Shown here: piece by piece, positions 29,166 through 39,093 of the stretch | Layout of the letters: each line of letters begins with the position of its first letter | Position numbering within the stretch: the stretch's first letter is position 1 | Source of the DNA: Nitrospinales bacterium | GTDB lineage: Bacteria; Nitrospinota; Nitrospinia; Nitrospinales; VA-1 | Direction of reading: 5' to 3' | Assembly: GCA_965223795.1 (NCBI GenBank) | Contig: CBDCXL010000002.1 | Coordinates: 2,912,001 to 2,976,000 of the forward strand | DNA: 64,000 nt | The notes under the pieces: generated by a model | Database searches by the model: none | What the model was told of the DNA's origin: nothing | What the model saw: only the letters and a program-made list of their open reading frames with translations | Position numbers and translations under genes: made by a program

Positions 29166-30596
29166 ATGAATTTTGATACTTACGATCCAGGGGACTTTTA
29201 CGACGAGTTTTTTGAAGCACCCGGGAAGCCCCACCCCTGGGTCCTGCCGCTGGTGGACCGGATCAATCAGTTGCCCGATCAGGGCATCCTGAACCGGCAG
29301 GCCACCGCGGAATCGACCCTCATGCAGCTCGGCAGCACGTTCAATGTCTATGCCGACTCCCAGGGCGTGGAAAAAATCTTCCCGTTCGATATCATTCCCC
29401 GCATCATCGAGGGCGTCACCTGGGACCGTCTGGTCCCCGGACTCAAGCAGAGGATCTACGCGCTCAACCTGTTCGTCGATGACATCTATCACGAGCAGAA
29501 GGTCATCAAAGATAAAGTCGTCCCCAGGGAAGTCATCGAAACCTGCAAAGGATTCCTGCCGGAATGCGTCGGCATCGATCCTCCCAAGGGAATCTGGTGC
29601 CACATCAGCGGCGTCGACCTGATCCGCGACGCTTCCGGCGAATTCATGGTGCTGGAGGACAATCTGCGCTGCCCTTCCGGCATTTCCTATGTGCTTGGGA
29701 ACCGCCAGATCATGAAACAGACGTTTCCCAAGGTGTTTGAAACCCTGGAGATCCAGCCCACCGAAGATTACACGAGCCGGCTTTTGGACCTTCTGTACTT
29801 TCTTTCCTCGGACACCGTGTCTCATCCCAGCTCGGTTGTGCTGACGCCCGGAATTTACAACTCGGCGTATTTTGAGCATTCCTTTCTGGCGCAGAGCATG
29901 GGGGAGGAGCTGACGGAAGGGCGGGACCTTGTCGTGAAGGAGGGTTTCGTGTACATGCAGACCACCAAGGGGCTGTCCAAGGTGGATACGATTTACCGGA
30001 GAGTGGACGATGAATTTCTCGATCCGCTGGTGTTTCGCGCCGATTCGCTGCTGGGCGTGCCGGGGCTGATGCGTGCGTATAAAGAAGGCAATGTGGCTCT
30101 GGTCAATGCTCCGGGCCTCGGCATCGCCGACGACAAGCTGGTCTATTCCTTCGTGCCGGACATCATCAAATACTACACGGGGGAGGACGCCCTCATACCC
30201 AACGTTCCGACTTACCGCTGCATTGTGGAGACGGAACGCCGTCATGTGCTGCAGAATCTGGATTCCCTGGTGGTCAAGGCGGTGGGGGAGTCGGGAGGAT
30301 ACGGGATGCTCATGGGGCCGGGCTCGACCGACAGGGAACAGGAAGTGTTTGCGGAAAAAATTCGGGAAAATCCCAGAGACTACATCGCGCAGCCGGTGAT
30401 CTCGCTTTCGCGCGCTCCGGTGATCGTCGGCGATCATTTTGAACCCCGGCATGTCGATTTTCGTCCCTTTATTCTGTACGGGAATGATATCCACGTTCTT
30501 CCGGGCGGACTGACCCGGGTGGCTTTAAAAAAAGGTTCGCTCATCGTCAATTCCTCTCAGGGCGGGGGCAGCAAAGACACATGGGTGCTTTACTGA
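29166..30596 (+). CDS. Circularly permuted type 2 ATP-grasp protein
   Basis: PFDIIPR, VLEDNLRCPSG, YRRVDD, PGGLTRVAL and NSSQGGGSKDTWV motifs. Confidence 0.95.
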   Translation: MNFDTYDPGDFYDEFFEAPGKPHPWVLPLVDRINQLPDQGILNRQATAESTLMQLGSTFNVYADSQGVEKIFPFDIIPRIIEGVTWDRLVPGLKQRIYALNLFVDDIYHEQKVIKDKVVPREVIETCKGFLPECVGIDPPKGIWCHISGVDLIRDASGEFMVLEDNLRCPSGISYVLGNRQIMKQTFPKVFETLEIQPTEDYTSRLLDLLYFLSSDTVSHPSSVVLTPGIYNSAYFEHSFLAQSMGEELTEGRDLVVKEGFVYMQTTKGLSKVDTIYRRVDDEFLDPLVFRADSLLGVPGLMRAYKEGNVALVNAPGLGIADDKLVYSFVPDIIKYYTGEDALIPNVPTYRCIVETERRHVLQNLDSLVVKAVGESGGYGMLMGPGSTDREQEVFAEKIRENPRDYIAQPVISLSRAPVIVGDHFEPRHVDFRPFILYGNDIHVLPGGLTRVALKKGSLIVNSSQGGGSKDTWVLY

Positions 30597-30670
30597 AAGC
30601 GGCTGTCCCGCGATGGGCCTGTGATTTGCCCGAAGGGCGGGGAATGTTCGGGAAGGAGTGCGGCTGAAAC

Positions 30671-31636
30671 ATGCTCTGCCGGGTTGCTAATTCATTGTTC
30701 TGGATGAGCTGCTATCTGGAACGGACGGAAAATGTGGCGCGGTTCATCGATGTGAACCTGTCCATGCTGCTGGATCTGTCCTGGGAATCCCAGCTGGGGA
30801 ATCCCTGGCAGCCGCTGGTGAACATCACCGGGGACGATGAATTTTTCCGCGAGAAATACAAGGAAGCCACGGCGGAGAACGTCATCCAGTTTCACACGTT
30901 CGACCTGGAGTACCCCAACTCGATACTGTCCTGTCTGACCGCCGCACGCGAAAACGCCCGTTCCATCCGCGAGATCATATCTTCTGAAATGTGGGAGCAG
31001 ATCAACAAGCTGTATCTGATGGTCAAGTGGGCGGCCCGCAACGAAACCGGCATCGAAGACGCGCCCCACTTTTTCAAGCAGGTCAAAATGGACTGCCATC
31101 TGATCTCGGGCATCACCAATGTGACGCTGAACCAGGACGAAGCCTGGGATTTCATTCAGCTGGGCCGGTATCTGGAACGCGCGGACAAGACCTCGCGCAT
31201 TCTGGACGTGAAGTATTTTCTCTTGCTGCCGCGTGTGGATCTGGTCGGTTCCTCGCTGGATAAAATCCAGTGGGCGGCGCTGTTGAAATCCACCAGCGGG
31301 CTGGAAGCGTACCGTAAAAACTTCCGTCAGGTGCTGCCGAAAAACGTTGCCAAATTCTTGATCCTGGACCGTCACTTTCCCCGGTCCATCCTGCATTGTC
31401 TCGCTCAGGCCTACCGCTCCCTCTATTCGGTGGTCGCGGTCACTGGAGGGCCGCACAACAATCTTCCGGAACGCCGGCTGGGGAAACTGCGCGCAAAATT
31501 GAGTTACACCACGATCGATGAAATCATTGACATTGGCATGCACGAATATCTGGACGGGGTCCAGCACGATTTGAATCTGGTCATGGATGCGATTCACGAA
31601 GCGTATTTTGTACCGCAAATGTTAATTTCCAAATAA
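30671..31636 (+). CDS. Alpha-E domain protein
   Basis: LFWMSCYLERTEN, ARENARSIRE, LGRYLERAD and FPRS motifs. Confidence 0.9.
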   Translation: MLCRVANSLFWMSCYLERTENVARFIDVNLSMLLDLSWESQLGNPWQPLVNITGDDEFFREKYKEATAENVIQFHTFDLEYPNSILSCLTAARENARSIREIISSEMWEQINKLYLMVKWAARNETGIEDAPHFFKQVKMDCHLISGITNVTLNQDEAWDFIQLGRYLERADKTSRILDVKYFLLLPRVDLVGSSLDKIQWAALLKSTSGLEAYRKNFRQVLPKNVAKFLILDRHFPRSILHCLAQAYRSLYSVVAVTGGPHNNLPERRLGKLRAKLSYTTIDEIIDIGMHEYLDGVQHDLNLVMDAIHEAYFVPQMLISK

Positions 31637-31651
31637 TCAGAGAGTGTTTCG

Positions 31652-32374
31652 ATGACATTTTGCATCGCTATCAAAGTGGAAGGGGGGCTGGTCGCCCTTT
31701 CGGACAGCCGTCTCACATCAGGATCGGAAGTGGCGACGGCGCGCAAGGTTTCCCTGCACCAGCAGGGCGACCATTCCCTGTTTCTCATGACGTCCGGATT
31801 GCGATCCGTTCGGGACAAGGCCATCACGTACTTTGATGAGCAAATGGATAATTCCCAGCCGCACCTGACCAAGGCTTACAAGGCGGTGAACCGTTTGTCG
31901 GAGCAGATACGCAAGGTCGCCGCGGAAGATAAGGAAGCGCTGTCAGAGAGCGGGCTGGCGTTCGATCTGCACTCGATCGTGGGCGGGCAGCTTGAGGAGG
32001 ACGACGAGCACCGCTTGTACCTTCTGTATCCTCAGGCCAACTGGGTGGAAGTCACGCCCGAAACGCCGTATCAGATCATCGGCGAATCGGGTTACGGCAA
32101 ACCCTTGCTGGATCTTGTGCTCAACTACGATTCCAGCATGGTGATGGCGGCCAAGGCGGCATTTCTCGCGTTCGACGCCACGCGCCGCTGCGCGAGCAAT
32201 GTGGATTTTCCGATCGACTTCGTGTTTTACAGGAAGAATTCGCATCAGATGATCCTGCATGGATACGAAAAGGAAGACCTGTTGAATGTCTCGGAATGGT
32301 GGCACAACCGCGTGCGCCATTCGCTCGATGATCTGCCCGGAGACTGGATCGACGGGGTTCTGGAAAAGTCCTGA
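31652..32374 (+). CDS. Anbu proteasome-like Ntn peptidase
   Basis: N-terminal M-T-FCI, SDSR, and LYPQANW..QIIGESGYGKP; standard operon context. Confidence 0.85.
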   Translation: MTFCIAIKVEGGLVALSDSRLTSGSEVATARKVSLHQQGDHSLFLMTSGLRSVRDKAITYFDEQMDNSQPHLTKAYKAVNRLSEQIRKVAAEDKEALSESGLAFDLHSIVGGQLEEDDEHRLYLLYPQANWVEVTPETPYQIIGESGYGKPLLDLVLNYDSSMVMAAKAAFLAFDATRRCASNVDFPIDFVFYRKNSHQMILHGYEKEDLLNVSEWWHNRVRHSLDDLPGDWIDGVLEKS

Positions 32375-32392
32375 CAAAGGCGATCGCCCTGC

Positions 32393-33244
32393 ATGCGGTT
32401 TGCAATCGAACACAAACTCGAATTTTCCTATTCCCGCCCCGTGTTCCTGGAGCCGCACACGGTCCGCCTGTGCCCGCGAACCGATGCCTGGCAGCAGCTC
32501 GTCCATTTCAAAATCCAGGTGCAACCCGATCCGCAGGGCGCCGCGCAGGTGGCGGATCTCGACGGGACGCCGGCGGACATTCTGTGGTTTGAGGGGATGA
32601 CCCGCTCTTTGACTCTCACCGCGGTCTCCCGGGTCGAGACGCTGAAAAGCAATCCCTACGATTACATACTTCCGGGCAAGGATTTTCAGACGGTTCCGTT
32701 TGCGTATCCTGGCCCGCACGCGGACGCGCTTGCGGTTTACCTGACGCGTCCCGAACCCACGGCCCATGTGGATGCCTTCGCAAAAAGCGTGCTGCAGGAG
32801 GCCGGCCGCGATCCGATCGCCTTCCCGCAGCAACTGGCGCAGGCGATCCACCGGAACGTGCAGGTGGAATTCCGCGAAAAGGGCGAGCCGGTGCCGCCGC
32901 AGCAGGTTCTGGAACACAAAAAAGGCGCCTGCCGCGACCTGTCCGTCCTGTTCATGGACGCCTGCCGGGCGGTGGGGCTGGCCAGCCGTTTCACCAGCGG
33001 CTATTTCTATCTGGAAGAGGAGACGGACAAACCGGAACTGCACGGCTGGGCGGAGGTGTATCTGCCGGGGGGAGGGTGGCGCGGATTCGACCCGACCCAC
33101 GGACTGGCCGTTTCCGACCGTCACATTGCCCTCGCTTCCGGGGCGCACCCGGCGTTGGCCGCGCCGACCAGCGGAAAGCTGCGGGGTACGGGAGCGGAAT
33201 CGTCATTGACGTACGCGATCTCCATTCAGACCGCGGACGGCTAA
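32393..33244 (+). CDS. Transglutaminase-like family protein
   Basis: GACRD, HGWAEVY and GFDPT give the Cys-His-Asp triad. Confidence 0.9.
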   Translation: MRFAIEHKLEFSYSRPVFLEPHTVRLCPRTDAWQQLVHFKIQVQPDPQGAAQVADLDGTPADILWFEGMTRSLTLTAVSRVETLKSNPYDYILPGKDFQTVPFAYPGPHADALAVYLTRPEPTAHVDAFAKSVLQEAGRDPIAFPQQLAQAIHRNVQVEFREKGEPVPPQQVLEHKKGACRDLSVLFMDACRAVGLASRFTSGYFYLEEETDKPELHGWAEVYLPGGGWRGFDPTHGLAVSDRHIALASGAHPALAAPTSGKLRGTGAESSLTYAISIQTADG

Positions 33245-33254
33245 CCGGTTCCCG

Positions 33255-34244
33255 TTAAAGATGTTTTCCGACTTCCCGGGCCCAGTCTTCGGGAATCAGC
33301 TCATCCTGGCAGCGGAGGTACGCTTCACTCAGCGACGCCAGTAAATCCTCGCTGTCCGCCAGCCGTTCCACCTGCACCCAAAGATTCCATTCCTTGCTCA
33401 GACTCCATTCCGCATCGTTCAGGCGGCAATCCGGCAGCCGGTAATGGTAGGTCGGCCGGGCGGAGGTCAGGTCGTCTTCCAACTGACGCTGCACTCTTTC
33501 CCTGTCGATATGCGAGAACAAGGGCAGAAGGTCCAGCTCCCGGTTGCGGGTGGGGTTGTCCGCAAGGTAGTCGTCGATCAATGCCTCCATGCCGGGCCGG
33601 TATCCGGAATCCAGTATTTTCACGGCATAGGAGGGAGGGAATGCATTGATGTAGGGTGAGATTTTCCGGGCGAGGTCGACCTGAATCTGCTCCTTGAGCC
33701 AATCGCTCATCAGGAGAAAGGAGCGCAGATGCGCGAGAATGGAATCGGCTTTTAAAGACGGGGCCTCCGGATTGATGTGCACCCCGAAAGCATACAACAG
33801 CGATTCGTCGGTGCCTTCCACACCCAGCTCGATCAGGCTTTCGGTCAAGGCGCTGAGTTCATCGAGGCGGTCGAGGGGAACCGGACCGGTGATCACTTCG
33901 TAGGGCACGACCGATTTGCCGATGTCTCCGAGCCATTCGCACAATTTCGGCAGGGCTTCGTTTTTCAGGAACTGTTCCAGATCGTTTTCGGGGACGTCCT
34001 GCTGGTCCGGCATGTCGGGATGGACCCACTGGGTGTCGAGCTGGACCGAGAAATCGCCGAGGCTGGAATCGAGTATTTTATAAAAATGCGGATTGATTTT
34101 TTCGAGACGCCCGCCGAACCGGCTCTGCACTTTTTTTGCAACCTCGACGCAGTCCTCAGCGGCGAATTCGATTTCAAATCCGACGGTCCGGGTCTTGCCG
34201 GCGTCGTTGTGCGGGCAGGGCGGTTGCAGAAAATTGGCTGTCAT
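33255..34244 (-). CDS. Putative amidoligase (COOH-NH2 ligase family)
   Basis: VGFEIEF, PYEVIT, FGVHINPE, NPTRNRELDLLP and RPTYHYRLP motifs. Confidence 0.85.
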   Translation of the reverse strand: MTANFLQPPCPHNDAGKTRTVGFEIEFAAEDCVEVAKKVQSRFGGRLEKINPHFYKILDSSLGDFSVQLDTQWVHPDMPDQQDVPENDLEQFLKNEALPKLCEWLGDIGKSVVPYEVITGPVPLDRLDELSALTESLIELGVEGTDESLLYAFGVHINPEAPSLKADSILAHLRSFLLMSDWLKEQIQVDLARKISPYINAFPPSYAVKILDSGYRPGMEALIDDYLADNPTRNRELDLLPLFSHIDRERVQRQLEDDLTSARPTYHYRLPDCRLNDAEWSLSKEWNLWVQVERLADSEDLLASLSEAYLRCQDELIPEDWAREVGKHL

Positions 34245-34527
34245 GGTCGAAAATGAGGCGGTTTGCGCGTTGGGTCGAATGGGCCGTTCAGCGTGAGATT
34301 ATACCGGAATCCTCATGCAGAATGCTCGATTCAGGAGGAGATGGGACGTATTCAGGACGTAAAACTGTGGTTTTTCAGCGATTTTACTTCTGAGTTCACA
34401 TATTACATTGATTTAAATGGTTATTCTGTTGAACGGGCGTGCCCAAAGACCTATACTGGTAGAATAAACCATTGTATTAAAAGAACATTTCCATATCCAC
34501 CCTGTGGAGTTTCCGGGTTTCCCAATT

Positions 34528-36516
34528 ATGTTGTCCCATTCCAAAGTCCATCTGTTTAAAAAGACGGATCTGTTCGAGACGCTGTCGGAAGCCGCGATTC
34601 AGCAGGTTCTGCAGGGCTGCCGGGAAATCTTGCTCAAACCGGGGCAGTGCCTCTTTAAGGAAGGGGAATCCGGTGATTCCATGTATCTCATTTACTCCGG
34701 AGAGATCGTGGTGCACCGTCAGGGCAAGCAGCTCGCCAAACGGGGACCGGGCGAATATTTCGGCGAGATGGGCATGATACAGGCGGACCGGCGCTCGGCT
34801 TCCGCAAAAGCGGTTGGCGAGACGCACCTTCTGGAACTGGACCGGGAAAAGTTTTACTCGAAGCTGGCCAACCGGCCGCAGACCCTGAACGCCCTGCTGA
34901 AAACATTGTCTTCCAGATCCCGCGAAGATCTCGAGTCGTTGGGGCAGGATCAGGACAAGCTGCAGTCCCAGACCAAGCTGAACACCTGGTTGAAAGACCT
35001 GCTCGACAACACGAGAGAAGAGATCTACGTGTTCGACCCTAAAACCTGCCGCATCAAAAATGCCAATGCTTGCACAGAAAAGAATCTCGGCTACTCCATC
35101 CGTGAACTGATCCAGAAAACCCCCTTCGACCTGCTGCGGGACCTGACCCGGGAAAAGTTCGAAAAAATGGCGGGATCGTTGACGGCGGATAAAACCGCCT
35201 CCATTCTCATTGAAGATTTCAATGTGAGAAAAGACGGGTCGAGCTACCCTGTGGAAACCCGGGTGCGGATGTTGAAAACCGGCAATCACAGCGTGTACGT
35301 CGCGGTCACGCAGGACAAGTCGGAAGTGAAGGAACTGGAGAAGATCAAGGATCAGGCTGTGAAAGCCAACCAGGCCAAGTCCGAGTTCCTGTCCAAGATG
35401 AGCCATGAACTGCGCACGCCTTTGAACGCCATTCTGGGATTCGGCCAGCTTCTGGAATTCAGCAATGAAGAGCCGTTGAGTCAGGCGCAGCGGGAGTGGC
35501 TGCAGGAAATACTCAGGGCCGGAAATTTCCTGCTGGAAATCATCAATGAGATCCTGAATCTGGCGCACATCGAATCGGGAAAAATTTCGCTTTCCCTGGA
35601 ATCGTTCGACCTGGCCGAACTCATTCAGGAGGTCCTGCCCCTCGTTTCACCGCTGGCGCAAAAGAGCGGCATCCGCATCGACAACGACACGATGAAGCAC
35701 GGAGCCTTGATTGTTTGTGCGGATCGCACGAAGTTGAAGCAGGTCTTGCTCAATCTCATCTCCAACGCCATCAAGTACAACCGCAAAAACGGCTCGGTGA
35801 CGCTGCGTGCCAAACGAAAAGAAAATGGAAGCATCCATGTGTCGGTCACGGACACGGGAATGGGCATCCCCGAAGAGAAGCTGGGGAACCTGTTTCAGCC
35901 GTTCGACCGTCTTGGCGCCGAAGAATCCGAAGTGGAGGGGACCGGGCTGGGCTTGGTGATCGCCAAACAGCTGGTGGAAAGGATGCAGGGAACGATCAGC
36001 GTGCAAAGCACGGTCGGCAAGGGCACCTGTTTCACGATCGGGCTGCCCGCTCCGAAACAGGCCGCGGAACCAGTGAAACCGCAAAGCAGCGCAGAGGAAC
36101 TGGAAAGCGAATCCGATGCTGAGGAGAAAAGATCGATGGTGTTGTACGTCGAGGACAATGCGGCCAACAAGAAACTGGTGGAGCAGATTGTGAAACCGGA
36201 TAAGACGATCGACCTCATCACCATGGGAGATGCGGAGTCCGGCATCCTGCTGGCGCGCCGTCAGCGTCCCGATCTCATCCTCATGGACATCAACCTGCCG
36301 GGCAAGGACGGGGTCGCCGCTTTGAGAGAATTGAAATCGCTGGAAGAAACGAAAACGATACCGGTGATCGCCGTGACCGCGAACGTCACCACCGCCGACA
36401 TCCAAAATTACAAGCTTGCCGGATTCGAGGCGCACATCGCCAAACCCATCGATGTGACAACCTTCCTCAAGACCATTCGAACCCACTTGGATCAAGAGCA
36501 GACCGCCGCCGTTTAA
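34528..36516 (+). CDS. Hybrid histidine kinase: cNMP-binding, PAS, HisKA, HATPase and receiver domains
   Basis: GEYFGEM..RSASA, RKDGSSYPVE, MSHELRTPLN, NAIKYN, GTGLGL and LMDINLP motifs. Confidence 0.9.
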   Translation: MLSHSKVHLFKKTDLFETLSEAAIQQVLQGCREILLKPGQCLFKEGESGDSMYLIYSGEIVVHRQGKQLAKRGPGEYFGEMGMIQADRRSASAKAVGETHLLELDREKFYSKLANRPQTLNALLKTLSSRSREDLESLGQDQDKLQSQTKLNTWLKDLLDNTREEIYVFDPKTCRIKNANACTEKNLGYSIRELIQKTPFDLLRDLTREKFEKMAGSLTADKTASILIEDFNVRKDGSSYPVETRVRMLKTGNHSVYVAVTQDKSEVKELEKIKDQAVKANQAKSEFLSKMSHELRTPLNAILGFGQLLEFSNEEPLSQAQREWLQEILRAGNFLLEIINEILNLAHIESGKISLSLESFDLAELIQEVLPLVSPLAQKSGIRIDNDTMKHGALIVCADRTKLKQVLLNLISNAIKYNRKNGSVTLRAKRKENGSIHVSVTDTGMGIPEEKLGNLFQPFDRLGAEESEVEGTGLGLVIAKQLVERMQGTISVQSTVGKGTCFTIGLPAPKQAAEPVKPQSSAEELESESDAEEKRSMVLYVEDNAANKKLVEQIVKPDKTIDLITMGDAESGILLARRQRPDLILMDINLPGKDGVAALRELKSLEETKTIPVIAVTANVTTADIQNYKLAGFEAHIAKPIDVTTFLKTIRTHLDQEQTAAV

Positions 36517-36572
36517 TTGGAAATCTGAGCCGTGGCGGGAGCAGGCGTCCGCAGCTCAGGAAACGCAGCAGG

Positions 36573-38870
36573 TCATTTAGAGGTGAGCGTGTACACGCCG
36601 TCCCAGGATGGCGAGAGGTCCCGGTCCTTCAGTTCCCGGCAGCGCTTAAGCAGGGTCTTTGACGGACCGTCGTCCGGCCGGATCGACAGCACCTGCTCAA
36701 AAAGCGCTTCCGCTTCCTGAAAGTTCTGCCGCTTGTATTGCTCCAGCCCGCGGTTGTACAGGGGAAGCAGGGTCTGCATGGTTTCATCGAGCAGGCCTTT
36801 CTTGCCGAGCAGTTCGTAGATTTTGACGGCGTTCTTGCGTCCCACCACGCGGATGGAATCCAGCTCCCGCACCTCGATGAAGTCTTTCGCCTGCGCGTAG
36901 GTGGTTTCGCTGATCAGCGAAAACGTGCCGTACACTTTGTTGGCCCCTTCCAGCCTTGCCGCCAGGTTGACCGAATCGCCGTTCATGCCGTAGGCCATGC
37001 GGGTTTTCGTGCCCATGTTCCCCACCACCATCAGGCCCGTGTTGAGCCCGACGCGCATGTGGATATCCGGTTTTCCCGCCTGTTTCCACTCTTCCCGCAT
37101 CACGGCGAGCCGTTCCTGCATTTCGATGCACACATAGCAGGCGCGGACGGCGTGGTCTTCGAAGTAGACCGGCGCACCGAAAAACGCTTTGATGGCGTCG
37201 CCGTCGTAGCGGTCCAGCGTGCCTTCATAGCTCAACAGGATGTCGGTCATTTCTGTGAAATACTCGTTGAGCAGGGACACCAGCTCCTGTGGAGTCAGTT
37301 TTTCGGAAAAAGTGGTGAAGCCCGCAAGATCCGTGAAAAATGCGGTCAGCTCCTTTTGCTCGCCGCCCAGCTTGAGCTGGTCCGGGTCCTTCATGATCCG
37401 CTCGATGACCTTGGGGGACAGGTACTGGCTGAAGGTTTTCTGGATGAACTGCTTTTGTTTCTCTTCGGTGACGTAGCGGTACACCATCAAGCCGGAAAAG
37501 ATCAGGAAATGCTCCAGGTGCGGAAACACGTTGGTCAGGAAAATCCGCTGCTTAAGAAACATCCAGTGGTTGAACCCGAACAGCGCCGCCGTGATGAGCA
37601 GCATGGCACCCGCCCCGTACAGCGGCCGCACGCGCCCGTAAAACCACACCAGCCCGATTCCCAATACGACAAGCAGCAGCGTGTCGGCCACCGGCACCCA
37701 CTGCGGCTGCAGCAGCGCCCGGTTGCGCAGAATGTTGTCGATGACGGTGCCGTGGATCTCGACGCCCGGCAGGATGGGATCGAACGGCGTCACCTTGTTG
37801 TCGCCCAGCGCCGTCGCCGTGGCGCCGATGAGGATGATTTTGTCCTTCAGTCCCCCCGGCGGGAAATGTTCTTTGCGGTCGTGCACGATGTCGGTGATGG
37901 AGACATGCGGAAAGGTCTTCCTGCCGCCGAGGAAATTGATGGCCAGCTCGCCGCGTTCGTTGGCGGGGATGACGATCGGCTCGCCGCTGTCGAGGATCAC
38001 GCTCTGCACCCCGGCCGGCGCCACTTTGAAAAACAGGCTGCCGCCGAGGTATTTTTCCAATACGCGCACCGAAAGCGGCGGGAAATAATGATCCGCACCG
38101 GTTTTATCATCGCGGTAGCGGACGATGAGCGCCAGTTTTCTCAGCGATCCGTCGCTCTCCACATCGAAGCTGATGAACCCGGAGCGGCGCAGCTTTTCGG
38201 ACAGGATCTCCACGTTGGATTCCACCGCGTAGGCGGTGCGAAAATCGATCGCGGCCAGGTCGAGGTCCGGATCGGACTGGATGAAACCGCCGAACTGGGC
38301 GGGACGGATGTTCTCAAAGTAACGGTGGCGCGTTTCAGCGTCCAGGTGCCGCACCGCCTCCTGCTCGAAATGAAAAAAGTATCCCAGCACCGCCCGCCGG
38401 GATTTTCTGAGGACCTGCGCCAGAGCGGCGTCCGGGTCCTGTTCCTGAACGTAGCGGTCGATCAGAGCGGCGGCGGGGGTTTGCGGGCCGGAGAGGGACT
38501 GGATCTCCTGTTTCAATCGGTCAAGCGTGCGTTGGGTGGCGGTCTCCTCCGGCGAGGAAAACACCAGGTCGAAGCCGATCACCTTCACGTCGTTTTCCAC
38601 CAGCTTGTCCACCAGTCGGGCCACCGTTTGTCGCGGCCAGGGCCAGCGTCCCAGCTCATCCAGGCTCTTTTCGTCGATGGCGGCGATCACCACTTCCGGT
38701 CCCGGCTTCACCGGTCCGCGCCACAGGAAATGGGCGTTCTGGAACAGGATCTCCAGCCGGTGCAGGGCAGGGGGATAGGCCCAGTACAGGGCCGCCACTG
38801 ATATCGTGATCAGGACGCCGAGCGCCCAGATGAGGACTGTTTTTTTTGTTTTTTCCATTGGTGGACCCAT
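36573..38870 (-). CDS. CHASE2-domain class III nucleotide cyclase with C-terminal TPR
   Basis: IDEKSL..LGRWPWPR, PGVEIH, three TMs, FTDLAGFT and GDSVNLAARLEG. Confidence 0.9.
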   Translation of the reverse strand: MGPPMEKTKKTVLIWALGVLITISVAALYWAYPPALHRLEILFQNAHFLWRGPVKPGPEVVIAAIDEKSLDELGRWPWPRQTVARLVDKLVENDVKVIGFDLVFSSPEETATQRTLDRLKQEIQSLSGPQTPAAALIDRYVQEQDPDAALAQVLRKSRRAVLGYFFHFEQEAVRHLDAETRHRYFENIRPAQFGGFIQSDPDLDLAAIDFRTAYAVESNVEILSEKLRRSGFISFDVESDGSLRKLALIVRYRDDKTGADHYFPPLSVRVLEKYLGGSLFFKVAPAGVQSVILDSGEPIVIPANERGELAINFLGGRKTFPHVSITDIVHDRKEHFPPGGLKDKIILIGATATALGDNKVTPFDPILPGVEIHGTVIDNILRNRALLQPQWVPVADTLLLVVLGIGLVWFYGRVRPLYGAGAMLLITAALFGFNHWMFLKQRIFLTNVFPHLEHFLIFSGLMVYRYVTEEKQKQFIQKTFSQYLSPKVIERIMKDPDQLKLGGEQKELTAFFTDLAGFTTFSEKLTPQELVSLLNEYFTEMTDILLSYEGTLDRYDGDAIKAFFGAPVYFEDHAVRACYVCIEMQERLAVMREEWKQAGKPDIHMRVGLNTGLMVVGNMGTKTRMAYGMNGDSVNLAARLEGANKVYGTFSLISETTYAQAKDFIEVRELDSIRVVGRKNAVKIYELLGKKGLLDETMQTLLPLYNRGLEQYKRQNFQEAEALFEQVLSIRPDDGPSKTLLKRCRELKDRDLSPSWDGVYTLTSK

Positions 38871-39093
38871 CGGAACCCGCTTTCCATGAAAAACCTTGAA
38901 AAACCGGGTGTTTTTGCAATGCGGCTGTGTTTGGCCTCATTTTTGTTGAGATAACTATAATTATAACAGGTATTTATGGAATATTAAGATTGAATTTTAG
39001 TGTAAATATGGTTAGCCTGAAGTTATCCATTTTCACAAACCCCGGGCCCCAAAGCGGTTGCCGAAGCGGCTATAAACGAAGGCGCTTGAAATC

